A DNA stretch of 64,000 nt from an uncultured Methanosarcinaceae archaeon (GCA_963727895.1 CAVSHT010000004.1:192001-256000), one strand, 5' to 3'; positions 1 to 11,480 are shown, counted from the stretch's first letter. Notes: a model not told the origin generated them from the sequence alone. Numbers and translations: made by a program.

Positions 1-564
1 TTCCCCAAAATACGTGCTCTCAAGAATCAGAGTATCGGCTTCGGGAAATTCAGCAGCCCCGGGCACAAGCCTTGTTTCCTCAAGGTTGAAATCTCCGGTA
101 TAAAACAGACTTTCTCCGGATTCGGATTCAAGGAAGATACCAGAAGCTCCAGGGATGTGGCCTGCATCATAAAAGCAAATCTTGTACCCATAGCTTTTGA
201 AAGGCTTATTATAGTCTATTTTTTGTGTTCGCCTGCAAGTTTCTGGAGGTCATCAGGATCAAAAGGAGATACGCCTGACAGTGTGCTTTCTGCAAGTTTC
301 AGGGTATCTTTGCCGAGCAAGGTAGGTAAACTCTGCAGTCGGCGGGGTCATAAAAACATCAGGATTCTGGTACATCAGGTTGGGTACAGCCCCGCAGTGA
401 TCAAGATGCCCATGTGAAACAAGCACGACCTTCGGTTCCATGCTATTGAGAGGATATTCTGGAATATCTCCTGTTTTTATCCCGTAATCGAGCAGAACCT
501 CCCCATTTACAAGCAAACCCGAACGTCCTACTTCCCTGCATCCGCCTTTAAAAGTAAGCTCCAG
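1..564 (-). CDS. MBL-fold beta-CASP metallo-hydrolase/ribonuclease; runs off the window edge; one extra base near 321
   Basis: GGCREVGRS, DYG and SHGHLDHCG in the first frame. After one extra base the reading continues LGKDTLKL...AGHIPG...YTGDFN...ESTYFG. Probable CTG start at 564 after GAGGT. Confidence 0.85.
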
Positions 565-1209
565 AATAAAACCTCTGTTAAAATCTATTAAATATCTTAA
601 ATATAATATTTGTTATAATATTTGTTAAATACTTCTATGGGGAATGGCAGTCAAAGATTTTTGCAAGATTCAGATATTTTTAAAATAATAAATAAATACA
701 TTTCGTAAGTTAGCATTGTTAAGCTAACAAATAACACAAAAAAGTGAGAGTGTATAAAAAATATCAGGAATAAACAGTCGTGATTAATGTTAAAACAAAG
801 TGGCAAAAAATTTTTAGCTTTTCCGTAAAAAGGGATCTGTTATATCTTACTTTTTCTTTTAATCCTTTTTAATCATATTGAGACTCATAGGAAAACTACG
901 TTGAGAGTTCACAGGATACTTGAAGGATTTATATCCAGAAAAAAATAGTTTTTGAGAAACTTTAAAATCTCATATTTAATATAAGTTCTTTTAAGTGTTT
1001 TGATTTGAAAAATAGGTTTATATATTATTTATTCAAATTTGTGAATGTCAAATGGTGAATAGCCGACAGACAATAAAAAATGGGACTTACGCAATTGGGC
1101 TGGAAATCAGTAGAATAAAATTTTCAAGCCGCTTAGGTCATAATTTATGAGAGACTTATTTGCGCTTTATCTTGTACCTTATGTGCGGTCGTCCAAAGGA
1201 GAATTTGAT

Positions 1210-2580
1210 ATGAAAAAATGGTTCTTGCCTACGATGGTCTTATTAGTATTAGGTATACTATTAATGCCCACAACTCTAGCAGAAGGCAATGTAAAAGTTA
1301 ATGACTTTTCTTCAAATGTTACAAATGGATCTGTTACCTTATATACCAGGTTTACTGGTAATGTCACAGGGAACATTACTAATTGGAAATTTACATTTAC
1401 AAATGTAGTAACAGGAAACACTACTAACAGCGGTGGAACCGACAGTGCAAACATAACAACTCACCATAATATTAAAAAACCTGGTGTTTATAATGTTACG
1501 CTGCTAGTATGGGGACCCGATGGAAATGACTCACTTACAAAAGTAGCCTATGTAACTGCCAATATGGGTAGTTCAAACACACCAGTTGCAGATTTCACTG
1601 CATCGTCTACTTCTGGAAGTGCACCATTGAATGTAACCTTCACTGATAATAGTACAAGAGCAACTGCCTGGTACTGGAAGTTTGGAGACGGAAACAGTTC
1701 AACCAAGGAGAATCCAACTCATAACTACACTACAGATGGAAAATATACTGTTATCCTGGCAGTAAAGAATGCAAATGGCTGGAGTGCAAAAACTCAGGAT
1801 ATAACTGTAGGAAGTGGGCTCCCAGTAGCTGATTTTAGTGCAGATAATTCCAGTGGCTCTGTACAATTTACTGACGCATCTCAAAATGCAACCTCATGGT
1901 CCTGGGACTTCGGAGACGGAGAAACTTCAACCGATGAGAATCCAGTACATACTTATTCCGCAGCAGGAAACTATACAGTAACACTTACAGCAAGCAATGA
2001 AAATGGTTATGTCTCAAAAATTAGTGAAATAAATTTAACAGAAGATAACATTGCTAATGAAGATAGTAGTAGCAGTAGCAGCAGTAGTGATAGTAGCGAT
2101 AGTAGCGATAGTAGCGATAGTAGCGATAGTAGTGACAGCAGCAGCGGCAGTGGCAGTGGTACCGGTAGCGCCAGTATAGTTAGTTCTACTTCAAGTTCCG
2201 CTTCAGATTCTACTTCAAGTTCTACTTCAACAATATCTGTGAATGGAGCAGATAACGCAACAGAAGCTGTAAATGGAACAGATAACGTAACAGAAGCTGT
2301 AAATGGAACAGATAACGTAACAGAAGCTGTAAATGGAACAGATAATGTAACAGCAGCAGTGAATGAAACAGATAATGTAACACAAGCTGTAAATGAAACC
2401 GAATCTAATATTCAGGATATTAATAACGACAGTACAGCAACAAATACTGAAATGCCTGAGCAGACAGAGAGTTCAAATAATTCTACCCAAAACACTTCTG
2501 GAAGCACAAGTACACCTGGCTTTGAAATGATTTACGGAATAGCCGGACTTGTTGGAGTAGCACTCTACAGAAGAAGATAA
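1210..2580 (+). CDS. PKD-domain cell-surface glycoprotein with PGF-CTERM sorting signal
   Basis: Signal peptide, PKD repeats (W.FGDG...ENP.H.Y), Ser/Asp-rich linker, C-terminal TPGF + hydrophobic helix + RRR. Confidence 0.9.
   Translation: MKKWFLPTMVLLVLGILLMPTTLAEGNVKVNDFSSNVTNGSVTLYTRFTGNVTGNITNWKFTFTNVVTGNTTNSGGTDSANITTHHNIKKPGVYNVTLLVWGPDGNDSLTKVAYVTANMGSSNTPVADFTASSTSGSAPLNVTFTDNSTRATAWYWKFGDGNSSTKENPTHNYTTDGKYTVILAVKNANGWSAKTQDITVGSGLPVADFSADNSSGSVQFTDASQNATSWSWDFGDGETSTDENPVHTYSAAGNYTVTLTASNENGYVSKISEINLTEDNIANEDSSSSSSSSDSSDSSDSSDSSDSSDSSSGSGSGTGSASIVSSTSSSASDSTSSSTSTISVNGADNATEAVNGTDNVTEAVNGTDNVTEAVNGTDNVTAAVNETDNVTQAVNETESNIQDINNDSTATNTEMPEQTESSNNSTQNTSGSTSTPGFEMIYGIAGLVGVALYRRR
2062..2160 (+). 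repeat. Coding microsatellite (AGT/AGC runs and 9-bp GATAGTAGC units)
   Basis: Encodes the poly-Ser and (DSS)n linker. Confidence 0.9.
2251..2400 (+). repeat. 30-bp coding tandem repeat x5 (DNVTEAVNGT)
   Basis: GATAACGTAACAGAAGCTGTAAATGGAACA-like units at 2251, 2281, 2311, 2341, 2371. Confidence 0.9.
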
Positions 2581-2621
2581 GAAAAATCAATTGTAATTAA
2601 ATATTGATTTAGTAAATCAAG

Positions 2622-2680
2622 TCTGACAAAAAGGTTCATTCACCTTTTTGCCAGATTTCATAGCTATTTTTTCTATTTTT
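2622..2680 (+). terminator. Hairpin plus T-tracts between the convergent PKD gene and topA
   Basis: TCTGACAAAAAGGT...ACCTTTTTGCCAGA inverted repeat followed by T runs. Confidence 0.55.
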
Positions 2681-2873
2681 CAAAAAATTTGTTTCTGAAG
2701 TTTTCTTGTTTTTTGAATTCAACATTGATAAATACAGTAAGTCCAAATAACTATTAAGATAATTTTTTGCATTTTTGCGGTTCAGAAATGCATTTCATCT
2801 GATGAATCAGAGATTTAGATTCAAACCTCTAAAAGCAGGTAAAATAAAAAACCGGTGTCATTAAGAGTTATTT

Positions 2874-5130
2874 TCATGCATCTCCAATTGCACCGTTACA
2901 TGAAACCTGCCAGTTTTTAATTTTCTTTACGCTCATCTTTATTGTTTTTGCAAGTTCTACAGGATCAGCTTCTGCCAGAGCTTCTACACTTGTAATCCCG
3001 GCTTCTTCCAGCTTTCCTGCTGTCGCTTTTCCCACGCCTTCCAAGTCCTGAATTGATTTGGGCCTTTCTTTTTTAGGTTGTTGAGCCTGCTCTTCCTTTT
3101 GAGTTTTCTGCCATTCTATAAAATTGCAATGAGGGCATCCAAGATCCCAGGGTCGTTTTCCCGAATTGATTATGCGGATATGATGCAGTCCATGTGCTTC
3201 ACAGGATTTGTCAGTAACTATAATCTGTCCGCTTCTTGGCAGAGGAAGGGAAAATGTACAGTTAGGATAATTATTACAGCCTATGAAACGGCTTCCTCTC
3301 TTGGAACGCCGGATCATAAGCTCATTTCCGCATTCAGGGCAGACACCAATTATTTTGTCTTCCCTCAGACCTGCTTGAAGAGATTCTACTATTTTGTCCC
3401 GGTTTTTATCAAGTTCCGAAAATACTTGCTTTAGTATATCCCTTGATTCTTCCAGAACGGCAATCTCTTTAATCTTGCCTTCTGCAATCAGGTCCATGTT
3501 TTCTTCCAGAAGCTGTGTCATGTCCGGCTTTGTAATAGTGGGAGAATACTTTTCAAGAGTATCCATAACTGCAAAAGAAGTGTTCGTAGGCTGAACCGGG
3601 TTTCCATGAATATAAGCCCTTGAATAGAGTTTACTGATTATTTCGTGCCTGGTTGCCTTTGTCCCAAGACCTAATTCTTCCATAATATTGATAAGTCTAC
3701 CCTGCCCGTAACGTCCAGGAGGCTGGGTTTCTTTATCCAGCATCTCTTTTTTAATCACTTTCAGGATATCACCTTCATGAAGTTCGGGAAATAGCCTGTC
3801 TTCAGGCGCATTGTAAGGATAGTACCATCTCCATCCCGGTTCCACAAGCCTTGCTCCGTTTGCTCTTAATTCTTCTCCATTGATGTCAAGTCTCAAACGC
3901 ATGGTTTCCCATTCGCTTGGTCCGGCAAAGGTAGCAAAAAAACGCCTGACTACAAGTTCATAAACTTTCCATTCTTCCTCTTTTAAGTCATCTTTTTTTG
4001 CGAGGGAAGCAGGATAAATAGGCGGGTGGTCGGTGGTTTCTTTTTTTCCTCGCGTAGGAATGAGTTCGGCTTTCTCAAGCAGGGCGTCTGCGTATTCTTT
4101 AAAGGGGCCTTCTTTGAAAATCTCAATCTGTGCCCTCAGGTCAAGGGTATCGGGATAAACCGTATTGTCAGTCCTGGGGTATGAAATGTAACCGTTCGTA
4201 TAGAGAGATTCAGCTATGCGCATTGCGTTTGCGGGACTGAGCCCGATTGAGTTTGCTGCGCTTATGAAACCTGTGGTGTTGAACGGAGTTGGAGGCTGGT
4301 CAGTCTTTTTTCCTTTTTCGATTTCCTTTAATTCGGCCTGTTTTCCCAGTTTCTTGAAGGCTTTTGCTGCGTCTTCTTTGTCCAGAAAACGGCGAGTTGA
4401 ATGTTGAACTGAAAAAAGTTTCTCCTTCTGCATTTTGAAGTTCGGCATGAATCTCCCAGTAAGGAGTCGGAACGAAAACATTTCTTTCTTTTTCTCTGTC
4501 AACAATAAGAGAAAGGGTTGGCGACTGTACTCTGCCTACGGAAAGGAACATCTTTCCAAGCCTGCCTGCGGCAAGAGAAATATAACGGGTAAGAGCTGCG
4601 CCCCATACCAGGTCAATGACCTGCCTTGAATGGCCTGCGTCCGCGAGATTAAAATCGACATCTGTTGGGTTTGAAAAAGCGGCTTCTATTGCTTTTGGGG
4701 TTATTGCACTGTAGCGGACCCGGTCAAAAGGAGCATCTGGATTTACCTTTTTTATAATATTAAGGGCTTCGACACCTATCAGTTCTCCTTCCCGATCGTA
4801 GTCCGTAGCAATTGTGACCCTGCTTGCCTCTTTTCCCAGGCTTCTAAGGGCAGTTACGATCTTCCGGTTGATAGGAGTTGTTATGATATCGGCGTCGATA
4901 AGGGCTTTAGCTTCCACTTTCTGCCAATTATTGTACTCCTTGGGAAAGTCGATTCCTACTATATGGCCCGACAGCCCTACAACCACAGTCTCCTGACTAT
5001 TCCCATCGGACACGATCTCATACCGGTATACGTCCACTCCGCTGACTCTATCCTTCTTAGGGTTTTTTGGAGCCAGAATCGCAGCTATCCTCCTTGCTGC
5101 TATATTTTTTTCCGTTACAATAAGGTGCAT
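2874..5130 (-). CDS. topA: DNA topoisomerase I (type IA), split by one extra base in a homopolymer at 4412-4417
   Basis: TOPRIM (TEK, ATDYDREGE), SVGRVQSPTL, catalytic ISYPRTD, GLGTKATR, C-terminal Zn ribbons and HhH. Removing one T joins ETF to SVQHSTRRF. Confidence 0.93.
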
Positions 5131-5316
5131 TTAAAACTCCGGTATAATTTTTTTATATTCTATGGAGGAACACTGGCGTACCCCAAAACTCCTGCCAGTC
5201 TGAGACAAAGCCTGCCTCCTAATTCTTGAAGTTTCCTTTTGCAATATAAATTTTTGGATCGAATCTCCAAATATACTGTCATCCGTAACTAAAATTAGGT
5301 TCAGAGCTCTTTATCC

Positions 5317-5346
5317 CAAGCCTTTTAAAAAAAGGCTTGAGCGAAA
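5317..5346. repeat. Short palindromic intergenic repeat CAAGCCTTTT-AAAAGGCTTG
   Basis: Perfect inverted repeat. Resembles, from memory, palindromes scattered through Methanosarcina intergenic DNA. Confidence 0.55.
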
Positions 5347-5466
5347 ATTATTTATTCACCCAGCAGCTTCTCTTGGATCCATTTATTCATTCCAATTTAT
5401 TCCTTCTCAATTAATCCTTCTTAAATTAGTCTTCTTCATAATCCTTCTTATCTCCGGCTGATGTTC

Positions 5467-5958
5467 TCAGGGTTTTCCATCACCTTCAATCAGCCTAAAA
5501 GCAAGTTCTACGGCTTCTTCAGGACTTTTTGCTCTGTGCACGCCTTCGATTTTCCAGCCTGGTTCGAGTACGACTACAGGTTTTCCCATCTTCAGGCCAA
5601 GGGCTATCTCCGAAAGTGTTCCGTATTCTCCATTAACTGCAATCAATGCATCCGAAGACTGCGCTATAAGAGCATTTCTGGCATGCCCCATCCCGCTGAC
5701 GACTGCGATATCTATCCAGAGATTTGCTTCCTCTCTCAGGACTCCGGGCAAAATTCCCAGGGTTATTCCTCCTTCCTGCTTTGCTCCGTATGCTGCGGCC
5801 TCCATGACTCCGCCCAGACCTCCGCAGAGCAGAACCGCCCCTCTTTTTGCGACTTCTCTTCCCACCATTTCTGCAAGGGCCCTGACCTCACTGCCACAAG
5901 CCCCTGCGCCTATAACTCCTATCTGTTTTCTGGCCTCTGTTTTCACTGGTGCTCTCAT
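5467..5958 (-). CDS. TIGR00725-type LOG/Smf-like Rossmann-fold nucleotide-binding protein
   Basis: IGVIG, CGGLGGVMEAA, ARN, GEYGTLSEIA motifs. Confidence 0.85.
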   Translation of the reverse strand: MRAPVKTEARKQIGVIGAGACGSEVRALAEMVGREVAKRGAVLLCGGLGGVMEAAAYGAKQEGGITLGILPGVLREEANLWIDIAVVSGMGHARNALIAQSSDALIAVNGEYGTLSEIALGLKMGKPVVVLEPGWKIEGVHRAKSPEEAVELAFRLIEGDGKP

Positions 5959-6045
5959 TACGCAAACACCCTTTTCTTTGCTTCAGGTCTTTGATACGGA
6001 TCTCCTGTCTCCAGTGAGTCAGGGCTTGATAGCTTTCAAAAATGA

Positions 6046-6570
6046 TTAGATATAATGGCTCTGAATTTCCACAATCTCAGTACTGTTCTTTGCAGTTGCA
6101 TATTCTTCAAGCGGTTCCTTATTGAGTTCGAGAAAACTGTGCCCCCAGTTAAACTTGGAGAGAACTTTTTCAGCCTGTTCTTTATGCCCTAAAATGTAGA
6201 GAGCTGCTGCAAAGGCTTCGGCTGAATTGAGTTTGAAAGGCCTTCCGAAATTCACAGGATTGCCTGCAAGCAGATAGGGAAGAGCCCTATGCTCAAGGTT
6301 CAGCTTTCGCAAGTTCGGGAAAAACTCTTTCCACTTCTTCCCAGGAACAATCGAGTACGATAATCCCTTTTCCGAAATCATCGGCAGGAGAAAGAGCTTT
6401 TTCTGCAGTGGGTCCAGAAGGATCGCTGATCTGGGCAGTCTTGATATCCTGTCGTAAAGACGGGCAAGGTCAAAGCGAGCCAATTTCCTTCCAGTACACT
6501 TTTTCGGGTCACATTGCCCGGCATGGTAGATATAAAGGGGAATATCCCGTTGATTTGTCGGATTCATCAA
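6046..6570 (-). CDS. tsr3: 16S rRNA aminocarboxypropyltransferase Tsr3 (DUF367); internal compensated double frameshift
   Basis: QCDPKKCTG and [15 protein letters not shown]. The conserved ALSPAD...VLDCSW segment lies in another frame between ~6410 and ~6305. Confidence 0.9.
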   Translation of the reverse strand: MMNPTNQRDIPLYIYHAGQCDPKKCTGRKLARFDLARLYDRISRLPRSAILLDPLQKKLFLLPMISEKGLSYSIVPGKKWKEFFPNLRKLNLEHRALPYLLAGNPVNFGRPFKLNSAEAFAAALYILGHKEQAEKVLSKFNWGHSFLELNKEPLEEYATAKNSTEIVEIQSHYI

Positions 6571-7210
6571 TTATCCTCTGGAATATAAGATTTTATTTAA
6601 ACAGTGTTCCTTATTTACCTGTTTCCTTGTTTCCTGCTTCCTTGTTTACCTGTTTTCTGTGTATCTGCTTTTGTGTACGGTACGGCTTTATTTTTAACTA
6701 GAAGACTTTTTTGAAAAATAATAATAAGTTAGCTTATATATAATGATCAATATATAATTAATTATCCCACTGCTTCGTCTTTGGTCAAGTTTGAAGATGG
6801 ATTAATATTGAAATTAATATTTTAATAATATCCTATCTTAGTGATGTTGAGTGGTAAATAAACAGTTTACTTTAGCTTATGTCACTCCGGTAATTCGTGA
6901 TGGAAAAGATTCATTCAGTTAATAATCTTTAACAACAGAGTTCTGTGGGGTTTATTAAAGATAGGGTAGATAACATAGCGGATTCCATCGATTAATTGAC
7001 CCGGAAAAAAGAGATTCTTCTTCTTTGTGGAGGAGGAAGTCTATATTCTCTTTGATTCTAGTTATTTATGAGCAGTTAGTAAATCATCCAGAAACATGAG
7101 GTTTCGTATAGGATAAATTATACCTCTTTTACGGTGCTCATGTAAATTCTTAACATTCTAGCAGAGGGAGTATGGATTAAGAAGCTATATATTTGGGGAG
7201 GATGGACTAT

Positions 7211-7778
7211 ATGGAACAACCAGTTGATGTTCGAACAGTCAACTAATTATGATAACAATGTCAGCTATGAAATACTGCAGGTGCCCTGGTGGGTTGTTCT
7301 CTTGGAGGGGATAATTGCCATTCTTTTAGGTTTATTCCTTTTATACAGGCCTGCAGCAACTACTGTTTTACTCATACAGATCCTTGGTATTTTCTGGTTA
7401 GCAGAAGGAATTCTTTCTGTTATTGGGGCATTGATATTTTCTGGAAATAGGGTATGGAAACTGCTTTCGGGTATCTTGAGCATTATTGCAGGAGTCGTTA
7501 TATTGATTTACCCAATTTACAGTTCTTTAATAGTTCTTACTTTGTTCATTATCTTTATAGGAATATGGGCTATTATCAACGGGGTCGTAAAAATTGCTCT
7601 AGCCCTTAAAGGAGGAGGATGGGGAATAGGGATTATTGGTATTCTTACAATAATTATAGGTCTGCTACTCCTAACCAATTCTCTGGTAGGAGTCCTGTTT
7701 TTGCCATGGATATTCGGTTTTCTCCTTATTCTCGGGGGAATAGGATCACTTATATGGGGATTAAAAATACGAACCTGA
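7211..7778 (+). CDS. HdeD/DUF308 family membrane protein
   Basis: WWVVLLEGIIAILLG...P, six Gly-rich TM helices. The RBS-associated ATG at 7211 is out of frame by one base; in-frame starts are at 7224/7227. Confidence 0.8.
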
Positions 7779-7813
7779 TAACGGATATTACAGGATAAGG
7801 GGGATACTTTATT

Positions 7814-8194
7814 ATGGAAAGACCTATTGGTGTCACGATTTTGGCTTTTATAGCCGTAATTCTGGCTTTTTTAAATGCTATTGTAATGCTCCGATTTCTC
7901 GGCTTTTTACCTTTTTTAGGATTTATTGAAGGCCGTATTTTCAGTCTTTGGTATGCACTGCTGTACGGTCTGCTCGTCTACATATGGGTGTGGCTGGCTC
8001 AGATGCTCTGGCAAATGGATCAGCAAGCCTGGATGTTTTTGGCCATCATTACGATATTCAATCTTTGTATTGATTTTGTAGTACTAGTTACAGGAGGCTC
8101 ATGGTATGATGTAAAATTTTCAGTTCTCGTGAATACCCTCGTTATTATCTATATCATGCTGCCAGGTGTGAGGGGGGCATTCGAGACAGACTAA
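7814..8194 (+). CDS. Hypothetical 4-TM membrane protein
   Basis: RP.GVTILA start, hydrophobic helices, P.VR.AF end, RBS upstream. Confidence 0.75.
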   Translation: MERPIGVTILAFIAVILAFLNAIVMLRFLGFLPFLGFIEGRIFSLWYALLYGLLVYIWVWLAQMLWQMDQQAWMFLAIITIFNLCIDFVVLVTGGSWYDVKFSVLVNTLVIIYIMLPGVRGAFETD

Positions 8195-8402
8195 GGAGCG
8201 AAGATAAAGGGTGTGGTATAGATCACAATTGTCCTCAAAAACATTATAGAACGCTTTATGACAGGTACATCTGGAGATAAAAAAGAGAATTTTTCTGTCA
8301 ATCAAAGATCTTTCTGTCAACAAAAGTTCTTAACTTGATTTGTTATAAAATTCATAATATTAAGAATGATAAAATATATATTTATTATTATTTACAATAG
8401 AA

Positions 8403-8681
8403 ATGATGAGATCTTCTCTAATCACAATTCTTTTGTCATCCGAAAAAAGGACTGAGCTACTCCTCCTTCTCAAGGAAAAGCCCAGGGCCATTGATGAGAT
8501 CAATAATGAGCTTGATACAAATTCAGTTGCGATCCTCCCCCAGCTTAAAAAATTAAAGGAAAATGGGCTCGTGATTCAGCAGGATAAAATATATGATCTT
8601 TCCCTTCTCGGAAAAATTATTGTCCGAAAAATGGAATCTCTTGTAAAGGCTTTCAGGCAGCTTGAGGAAGACTATAATTAG
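8403..8681 (+). CDS. Winged helix-turn-helix regulator, short or C-terminally truncated
   Basis: SEKRTELLLLL...ILPQLKKL...YDLSLLG, typical of the N-terminus of Methanosarcina ArsR-like regulators. Confidence 0.7.
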   Translation: MMRSSLITILLSSEKRTELLLLLKEKPRAIDEINNELDTNSVAILPQLKKLKENGLVIQQDKIYDLSLLGKIIVRKMESLVKAFRQLEEDYN

Positions 8682-8875
8682 AGCAAGTATTAGAATTAGA
8701 AGACTAAATCTCTGTATTAAATATCTGTAAAACTGAGGCTTCAGAAAATCTGTTTTCTGAAACTCCTAATTTGGCAGACTGTAGAAGTATTGAAAACTAT
8801 AGAATATAGTCCATGTTGCCTTTAATAATCTATGTTGCCTTTAATTCATTTTATTGCTATCGAAAAATATTGAAT

Positions 8876-9451
8876 TTAGTCCTGTATTTCAAGCTGTTTT
8901 CGAGCTTTTTCTCTTACTTCTGCAAAAATATCATTTCCTTTTGCATCGATCCCTACAATAAGCGGTCCAAATTCTTCGACTCTGAGTACCCAGACTGCCT
9001 CAGGCATTCCAAGGTCAAACCAGTGGACAGCTTTTACTTCTTTGATTAACTCTGCAGCGAGAGCTGCACATCCTCCTGTATAAGCCAGATAAACACATCG
9101 GTTCTTCAGAACATTGGCTATATCTTTCATTCCGCCTTTACCAATAATTGCCCGAACTCCGTGAGATTTCAGGAGAGAAGGTGTCATTTTTGACATCCTG
9201 CCACTTGTTGTAGGACCTGCGGATATTACTTTCCAGCCGTTTTCGTTTTTCTGCATTAAGGGACCACAGTGGTAGACTACTGCTCCTTCGAGGGAAAAAG
9301 GAAGTTCTTCGTTCTGCTCTCCCATTTCGAGAATTCTGGCATGGGCTTCGTCTCTGGCTGTCAGGACTTCTCCTGAGATATAGACAATATCTCCCGCAGT
9401 GAGTTTTTCGATATCCTCTTTTTTAAGTGGAGTTTTTAGGTGATATTCCAT
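8876..9451 (-). CDS. Fe-S fumarate hydratase/tartrate dehydratase beta subunit
   Basis: TARDEAH, YHCGP, AGPTTSGRM, IIGKGG, LGMPEA. Confidence 0.92.
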   Translation of the reverse strand: MEYHLKTPLKKEDIEKLTAGDIVYISGEVLTARDEAHARILEMGEQNEELPFSLEGAVVYHCGPLMQKNENGWKVISAGPTTSGRMSKMTPSLLKSHGVRAIIGKGGMKDIANVLKNRCVYLAYTGGCAALAAELIKEVKAVHWFDLGMPEAVWVLRVEEFGPLIVGIDAKGNDIFAEVREKARKQLEIQD

Positions 9452-10293
9452 TATTCATCCCCCCTGAAAACTACTGAAGCATGACGATTTGCCCAACACT
9501 GAATGTTCACTGCAACTGGGAGGGAAGCTGTGTGACAGTGAGCTGTTTTTAAGTGCACTGCAAGGACAGTTGTGCTCCCGCCAAGACCCATACAGCCAAT
9601 CCCAAGAGCGTTTATAGCCTCAAAGATTTCTCTTTCCAATCCCTCCATAGGAGCGTCAAGAGGCTCAAGTAAAGCTTCTTTTGCGAGCCTAGCTGCGGCA
9701 TCAAAAGAACCGCCAATTCCAATTCCTATTGTTAAAGGAGGACAGGGCATTCCTCCAGCGTTTACTACGGTCTCTAAAACGAAGTTTTTGATGTTTCCGG
9801 TTTCAGTTGGATTAAACATACGCAGTGAACTCATATTTTCTGAACCTGCACCTTTAGGTGCAGCAGTGAGCTTTAAATGGTTTCCGGGAATAGGTTTCCA
9901 GTGAATATCTGGGATTCCAGTTCCAGTATTATTTCCGCTATTTTTTCTGGTTAGAGGATCAACGGCGTTCGGGCGGAGAGGAATTTCGGTTGTTGCAATG
10001 GTTACCGCCTCTCTAATTGCTGCTTCCAGATCAAAACCTGCTTGAAACTCAGTTCCAATTTCCGCAAAAAAGATCATAATGCCCGTGTCCTGACACATGG
10101 GAACTCTGTATTTTTTAGCAATTTCAAGGTTCTTTAGGATTGCCTTAAGCTGCGATTTTGCAACCTGATTTTCTTCTGAAGTCTCAGCTTTCCTGAGAGC
10201 ATTCACTACATCTTCAGGAAGCTCGATTTCTGCTTTTCTTAAAAGGTCTGCAACAGACCGGATAAAGCTTTCACGACTAATTTTTGAAGACAA
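9451..10293 (-). CDS. Fe-S fumarate hydratase/tartrate dehydratase alpha subunit
   Basis: PMCQDTG, KGAGSEN, PCPP, CHTAS, QCWA.R. Confidence 0.92.
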   Translation of the reverse strand: MSSKISRESFIRSVADLLRKAEIELPEDVVNALRKAETSEENQVAKSQLKAILKNLEIAKKYRVPMCQDTGIMIFFAEIGTEFQAGFDLEAAIREAVTIATTEIPLRPNAVDPLTRKNSGNNTGTGIPDIHWKPIPGNHLKLTAAPKGAGSENMSSLRMFNPTETGNIKNFVLETVVNAGGMPCPPLTIGIGIGGSFDAAARLAKEALLEPLDAPMEGLEREIFEAINALGIGCMGLGGSTTVLAVHLKTAHCHTASLPVAVNIQCWANRHASVVFRGDE

Positions 10294-10740
10294 AGAATCA
10301 CCAAAAACGGAGCATACAAAATAGAATCTGAGAGAAGAAATTATAATTTCTTAATACTTGTGAGAATAAATTCAAAGCTTTTGAGAGTTACACGCCTGAT
10401 TTCAAATAAAGTTTGCCCTCTATGCGTTTCTCTATGGAAAATTTATTATTCATTTTTTAACTTTTGAAGAGTAAAAGCCAGATTGTCTTTGAAAATCTTA
10501 AATATAAATACCTGAGTGATTCATTAATCCAAAAAAATTCTAAAGAAAAAATGTAATATATGTACAACACATAAACTATGCAACAAAATATGAGATGACC
10601 CTCATGATAAAATTTAAGAAAATTATAAAATATGCGGTTTTGGGCAGTTTCATTGGAGTACTTCTGGTTTATCTCAAGTTTAAGAGAGTAAATATTAAAG
10701 AGTAAACTTCAAGGAAATTTGGGGAGAGAATCTTAATTTT

Positions 10741-11480
10741 GTCATTGATACTTAAACATAGTTATATACTATTAGAAAGTATATTTCTTCATGAACTGCC
10801 CCAGATGCAATAGTTCTAATTACAAAAAGAACGGTATAGTTGGTGGGCGTCAACGGTACAAATGCTCTGATTGTGGCTATAACTATACAGTAGAGCTAAA
10901 ATCAACTGCTTTTTCCGCCTCTGTTAAAAAACAGGCTTTACAACTCTATCTTGAAGGATTGGGCTTTCGTTCAATAGGAAGAGTTTTAGGGGTGAGTCAT
11001 GTTTCTGTCCAAAGATGGATAAAGAAATTTGGTCAGGAGTTAGAGGACCTAAAAAGTGAAAATGAGATATCTATTGTTGAAATGGATGAGATGCACACTT
11101 ACATCGGTAACAATAAAAATATTGCTGGATCTGGATTGCTGTTGATAGAGTTGGGAAAAAGTTCATCAACTGCTCTTTTGATAGCAGAGGAACGGAAACT
11201 GGAAAACTACTCTGGGAAAAAGTGAAGAAAAAAGAGATTGGAGAAGTGATGACAGATCACTGGAGAGCATATGCAGAGTTTCTTCCAGAAAAGATCCATA
11301 CTCAATCCAAAGCAGAAACGTATACTGTTGAAGGATATAACAGCATATTGAAGCACTTTCTGGCAAGGTTGAGAAGAAAGACAAAGTGTTATACGAAGAG
11401 TCTTGAAATGCTAAAGTACTCGGTTATTCTATTGATGAAATACAGAAATAAAGAACTAGATATATTTAAGTAACAATACC
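10741..11480 (+). mobile_element. IS1-family element copy A (740 bp; insA Zn-finger/HTH plus insB DDE joined by -1 frameshift)
   Basis: Ends GTCATTGATACTTAAACATAG and TTTAAGTAACAATACC. ORFs 10791-11225 and to 11473. Slippery A8 interrupted (AATAAAAA). No flanking duplication. Confidence 0.92.

Noticed and set aside
4400..4420. Programmed frameshift in topA
   Set aside because: A single homopolymer indel among several nearby indels; sequence error is simpler.
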